A stretch of DNA of 20,000 nt, taken from the IMG/VR virus record IMGVR_UViG_3300046804_004214. One strand, written 5' to 3'. This DNA is from an uncultured virus (IMG/VR IMGVR_UViG_3300046804_004214). Taxonomy: Duplodnaviria; Heunggongvirae; Uroviricota; Caudoviricetes. Below the pieces are notes generated by a model. The model was not told the origin of the DNA. It searched no databases and saw only the letters and a program-made list of their open reading frames with translations. The position numbers and the translations under genes are program-made. The stretch's first letter is position 1, and each line of letters opens with the position of its first letter. Of this stretch, positions 17,275 through 20,000 are shown in pieces.

Positions 17275-17357
17275 ATACACCCAACCACCTTTTTATTGGA
17301 AATTATCTATACTCTACGGAAGTCACTTTGTTTACTGAATAGAGGCAAACTCCCTTC
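17244..17357 (-). ncRNA. Candidate small non-coding RNA (about 110 nt)
   Basis: Bounded by a promoter (17363-17391) and a strong terminator (17244-17274), with no ATG-initiated ORF in between. Confidence 0.4.
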
Positions 17358-17362
17358 CTCTT

Positions 17363-17391
17363 ACTATATCATAACTCAGAACCTTTGTCTA
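17363..17391 (-). promoter_or_regulatory. Sigma70-type promoter
   Basis: TAGACA (17386-17391), 17 nt ending TGA, then TATAGT (17363-17368). Confidence 0.55.
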
Positions 17392-17534
17392 TCGTATTGC
17401 TCCTCATTCCATCCATTACGATAATACTCTCTTCGTTCATAATCATCTGCATCCATTACATCATCGTGCTCTGGTTCATAATACGAATCGAACTTAGAAT
17501 ACGACTCTCCTTGATAGAAACTTGTAGTTGTCAT
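17376..17534 (-). CDS. Acidic, Tyr-rich hypothetical protein (52 aa)
   Basis: Manual translation: MTTTSFYQGESYSKFDSYYEPEHDDVMDADDYERREYYRNGWNEEQYDRQRF*. Confidence 0.6.
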   Translation of the reverse strand: MTTTSFYQGESYSKFDSYYEPEHDDVMDADDYERREYYRNGWNEEQYDRQRF

Positions 17535-17538
17535 AATG

Positions 17539-17814
17539 TCAAATAGGAACAGAAGTACCGACGCGAACTTGATTCAAACTATGCTGAATGTATCCAACTT
17601 CCTTGTTTGCTTCAAAAGCATTTTTCCAATGATAGTGTGCTTCACTGCAGTTATGTATCCCATAATAGTAATACCTAACTGATGTCTTTCCCATACCTAA
17701 CTCATCTGCAATCTGTTGAGTAGTATAACCTTTCTTATACAGATTGTTGATTAGAGTACAATAATAGTTGGAACGATTGGACGCTTTGGCGAAAGAAATA
17801 GGAGCGACTTTCAT
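17539..17814 (-). CDS. Helix-turn-helix DNA-binding protein (91 aa)
   Basis: LYKKGYTTQQIADELGMGKTSVRYY is a classic HTH signature. Confidence 0.75.
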   Translation of the reverse strand: MKVAPISFAKASNRSNYYCTLINNLYKKGYTTQQIADELGMGKTSVRYYYYGIHNCSEAHYHWKNAFEANKEVGYIQHSLNQVRVGTSVPI

Positions 17815-17820
17815 TTGATT

Positions 17821-17994
17821 TCAGTTAAACCAGTGTGCTAAATCTGCGAGTTCTGATGCAATCTCTTCTACATTATCTTCAGTGAGTTTGTTGATGAGTT
17901 GTTGGACATCTTCTTCAGGTACATAACTCAAATCACCATTGATTTCATTTGCTAACTCTTCAGCGCGGGAGAGACATTTCAGGATTAGAGACAT
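17821..17994 (-). CDS. Acidic hypothetical protein (57 aa)
   Basis: Manual translation: MSLILKCLSRAEELANEINGDLSYVPEEDVQQLINKLTEDNVEEIASELADLAHWFN*. Fills the gap between track ORFs. Confidence 0.65.
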   Translation of the reverse strand: MSLILKCLSRAEELANEINGDLSYVPEEDVQQLINKLTEDNVEEIASELADLAHWFN

Positions 17995-18160
17995 TTGAAG
18001 AGTGAAGAATGTTCAGGTATTGTTGATAATAATCGTCTGCTTTTTTCTGAATGTTGTGACTTTCAGTTGGATCATCTATGAGGAAATGTGTCATCTCCAA
18101 CTCAAAAATCACTTTGTCGATGAGACTTTTAAGAGCATCAATTTGTTCTTCAGTCATCAT
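17960..18160 (-). CDS. Hypothetical protein (66 aa)
   Basis: ORF track entry with a GAGGTG RBS upstream. Confidence 0.65.
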   Translation of the reverse strand: MMTEEQIDALKSLIDKVIFELEMTHFLIDDPTESHNIQKKADDYYQQYLNILHSSNVSNPEMSLPR

Positions 18161-18290
18161 TTGGATTCACCTCTTTTAGGACTTGGGAGAATAAATCAAT
18201 CGCTGCTTGATTTGCATTATCACGTTGTAGTTGTTGAATATAAAACTCCAGTGCTTCTACGATTGCTTTTTGTTTCAAATCTTGGTTCAT
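18150..18290 (-). CDS. Hypothetical protein (46 aa)
   Basis: Manual translation: MNQDLKQKAIVEALEFYIQQLQRDNANQAAIDLFSQVLKEVNPNDD*. AAGGAG RBS. Confidence 0.7.
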   Translation of the reverse strand: MNQDLKQKAIVEALEFYIQQLQRDNANQAAIDLFSQVLKEVNPNDD

Positions 18291-18305
18291 AATTCTCCTT
18301 TAGGT

Positions 18306-18617
18306 TCAGTTGAGTTTGATACCATCGTTAAAGGGAACTTCACCGTTGATTGTTGATACAAACCACTTGAAGTTTTTTTGATAAACACGCTCACCAGTTC
18401 CGTGCTCTGCAAGAATAGCATTGAGGCGCGATTTGGTGGTATTTGATTGCCAACCACCATCAAACAATTCCAACCAAGTATCAGCAATCATTGCAATCAG
18501 ATTGTTATGCAAATAGACGAAACTTACGCCGTCAATGTTGATAACTTGAGTGTTATCTTTTTTCCAATCAATCTCTTGGGAGATTGCGCGGTTCATTTGT
18601 GCTTCGATCTTACGCAT
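18306..18617 (-). CDS. Conserved phage early protein (103 aa, MRKIE...GGWQSNTTKSRLNA)
   Basis: Track ORF 18306..18701, restarted at the ATG at 18617 because the upstream part crosses repeat copy 3. Confidence 0.8.
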   Translation of the reverse strand: MRKIEAQMNRAISQEIDWKKDNTQVINIDGVSFVYLHNNLIAMIADTWLELFDGGWQSNTTKSRLNAILAEHGTGERVYQKNFKWFVSTINGEVPFNDGIKLN

Positions 18618-18636
18618 TGTGGTTGGGGTTGTGGTT

Positions 18637-18669
18637 ATACTACAGGGACACTTTGCACGTCCCCCCTTT
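18637..18669 (-). repeat. 33-bp intergenic palindromic repeat, copy 3
   Basis: Plus strand ATACTACAGGGACACTTTGCACGTCCCCCCTTT. Confidence 0.9.
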
Positions 18670-18672
18670 CTA

Positions 18673-18900
18673 TCACCAAGGAGTTGTGATACCATCAGCA
18701 TTGTTCAGGTTAGGATTACAACCTAACAGCGCAGATTCCATACACACCTCTCGGGTATCACACCGAGCATAATCGTAGCCCTTTACATCTGCCAGGTGCT
18801 TTACATAAGCATCAGCGGTGGAGAAGCAATCAAACAAGCGGAGAGAATTGAAGTCTTCACCTTCATAATCCCAACCACCGATCACAGCGTAAACTTTCAT
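18673..18900 (-). CDS. Hypothetical early protein (75 aa)
   Basis: ORF track entry (MKVYAVIGGWDYEGEDF...); ends just before repeat copy 3. Confidence 0.75.
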   Translation of the reverse strand: MKVYAVIGGWDYEGEDFNSLRLFDCFSTADAYVKHLADVKGYDYARCDTREVCMESALLGCNPNLNNADGITTPW

Positions 18901-18929
18901 TGTTTGTGTGTTAGAGTTTGTGAGAAGAA

Positions 18930-19217
18930 TCAGATACGAAATGCACCGAGAGAGTTAAACTTCGACCAGATGTTTTTCTCTGCGATACGCTTACCGTCAA
19001 CTTGGAAAGTATAACGGAGTTGACCTTTTACAGTCTTGGAAACTTTACAGGTGAGGCAAATCTCACCGTCACGCTTACCATTCCAATCATACTTTGCGAA
19101 GTAGTGATTGCAAACTCCGTCAAGGCGATAATCAACAACACCGTTGCGTTGTTGATAGTTTTCCAGAGCAAGTTGCTCGGAAAGTTTGATGGAATCGAAG
19201 AGGTCGTTAGTGTTCAT
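18930..19217 (-). CDS. Hypothetical early protein (95 aa)
   Basis: ORF track entry; the ATG overlaps the end of repeat copy 4. Confidence 0.75.
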   Translation of the reverse strand: MNTNDLFDSIKLSEQLALENYQQRNGVVDYRLDGVCNHYFAKYDWNGKRDGEICLTCKVSKTVKGQLRYTFQVDGKRIAEKNIWSKFNSLGAFRI

Positions 19218-19248
19218 ACTATAGGGACACTTTGGGCGTCCCCCCTTT
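19216..19248 (-). repeat. 33-bp intergenic palindromic repeat, copy 4
   Basis: Plus strand ATACTATAGGGACACTTTGGGCGTCCCCCCTTT. Confidence 0.9.
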
Positions 19249-19251
19249 CAT

Positions 19252-19665
19252 TCAATAATAGGTTTTGAACACATAACCATTGACAAATGTGAAATCATAG
19301 CGTAGGTTACACTCAAAAGTTTCTTGCCAATCAACTACAATAAATGAAGGAATGTCATACTGTTCAGATGTATATTCCTCTGCAAACTCTGCTTCAGAGC
19401 GATACTCTCCGACGTATGCTTCTTCAGCGTTCTCTACATCAGAAAGACCAAACTCTTCAACGAAAGCATCAACTACATCGTAACCAAGATTCTCACCTTG
19501 CGTCACATAGTCTTCATAATAGTGAAGAAAATCCTCCTCGGAGTTTGCATCAATGAACTCCAGAATATCCTGCAAAGAATAGCAATCATCAACAAACTCG
19601 TCAATCTTGTTGGCAATTTCTTCGTGAAAGATTTCTTTGTAGTTTGCGGTGAAAGTGACAGACAT
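19252..19665 (-). CDS. ArdA-like anti-restriction (DNA mimic) protein
   Basis: 137 aa and very acidic. The C-terminal EEAYVGEYRSEAEFAEEY...IPSFIVVDWQ...DFTFVNGYVF matches the ArdA C-terminal pattern. Confidence 0.7.
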   Translation of the reverse strand: MSVTFTANYKEIFHEEIANKIDEFVDDCYSLQDILEFIDANSEEDFLHYYEDYVTQGENLGYDVVDAFVEEFGLSDVENAEEAYVGEYRSEAEFAEEYTSEQYDIPSFIVVDWQETFECNLRYDFTFVNGYVFKTYY

Positions 19666-19725
19666 TTGAGTAAAAAAGTGAGATTTGGTAAAGTGTAACG
19701 AATTGAACGTTTTGAAAAATGTTAT

Positions 19726-19911
19726 TTAGAACTCAATGTTCCAGTCTTTATCATTGCTAAGATTCACCCAAAAGTGATTCCTACCGTTAGCAGAAGTGAG
19801 AAACACTTTATCACCTCGATGTTGCTCAACAATACATTCATCATTGCGATCCATTAAGTTACAAAAACGATTGTTAGCTTTCTTGGATTTGGGAGAAACA
19901 AATGCGATCAT
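19726..19911 (-). CDS. Hypothetical early protein (61 aa)
   Basis: ORF track entry (VSPKSKKANNRFCNLM...FWVN...DKDW). Confidence 0.75.
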   Translation of the reverse strand: MIAFVSPKSKKANNRFCNLMDRNDECIVEQHRGDKVFLTSANGRNHFWVNLSNDKDWNIEF

Positions 19912-19914
19912 AAT

Positions 19915-20000
19915 TCAGGAAGCAATGAGATGTTCAGCGAGTTCGATTGCACTATCAAAGTTAGCGAAAGTTCCGTAGTTTACGGACTGACCTTGCCAAC
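19915..20000 (-). CDS. 3' end of a hypothetical protein starting outside the window
   Basis: Reads ...WQGQSVNYGTFANFDSAIELAEHLIAS*. The stop is 3 nt before the next ATG. Confidence 0.55.
   Translation of the reverse strand, partial: WQGQSVNYGTFANFDSAIELAEHLIAS

Noticed and set aside
15240..17400. tRNA genes in the intergenic stretches
   Set aside because: No cloverleaf with T-loop (GTTCRA) and acceptor-stem pattern was found by eye.
18618..18701. N-terminal extension of the 131-aa track ORF
   Set aside because: It translates through repeat copy 3 and overlaps the upstream gene; the ATG at 18617 is the more plausible start.
16149..19248. 33-bp repeats as a CRISPR array
   Set aside because: The spacing is irregular (hundreds to thousands of bp), the intervals contain whole genes, and there are no cas genes.
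15399..19978. Plus-strand track ORFs in the early region (15399, 16360, 18002, 18447, 18584, 18796, 19002, 19344, 19498, 19796) and minus-strand 18287..18487
   Set aside because: All overlap better-supported, tightly packed minus-strand genes or cross the regulatory repeats.

Overview
The window looks like part of a large T4-like myophage genome. Gene content and order resemble the T4-like cyanophages (Kyanoviridae type); this is recognition from memory, not a database search. Every credible CDS is on the minus strand. The left part (1-~13,200) is an AT-rich late structural module with gp25 and gp6 baseplate wedge genes and a >3,519-codon virion/baseplate protein. That protein runs off the window, is missing from the supplied ORF track, and carries a YHYH-like domain and HGxxxGDxIxY repeats. 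The middle (~13,200-15,250) holds small genes, a GT-A-type glycosyltransferase-like gene and a frameshifted gene. The right part (~15,250-20,000) is visibly less AT-rich and holds a cluster of tiny early-type genes, including an ArdA-like anti-restriction protein and an HTH protein. This part is dense in non-coding signals: four copies of a 33-bp palindromic element in front of genes; an 18-bp perfect inverted repeat enclosing a late promoter directly upstream of a small putative DNA-binding gene; divergent sigma70 promoters separated by a four-tract G-quadruplex-like motif; an antisense promoter leading into repeats and an AT-rich tract (origin-like); and a promoter-to-terminator unit of about 110 nt with no ORF (candidate sRNA).
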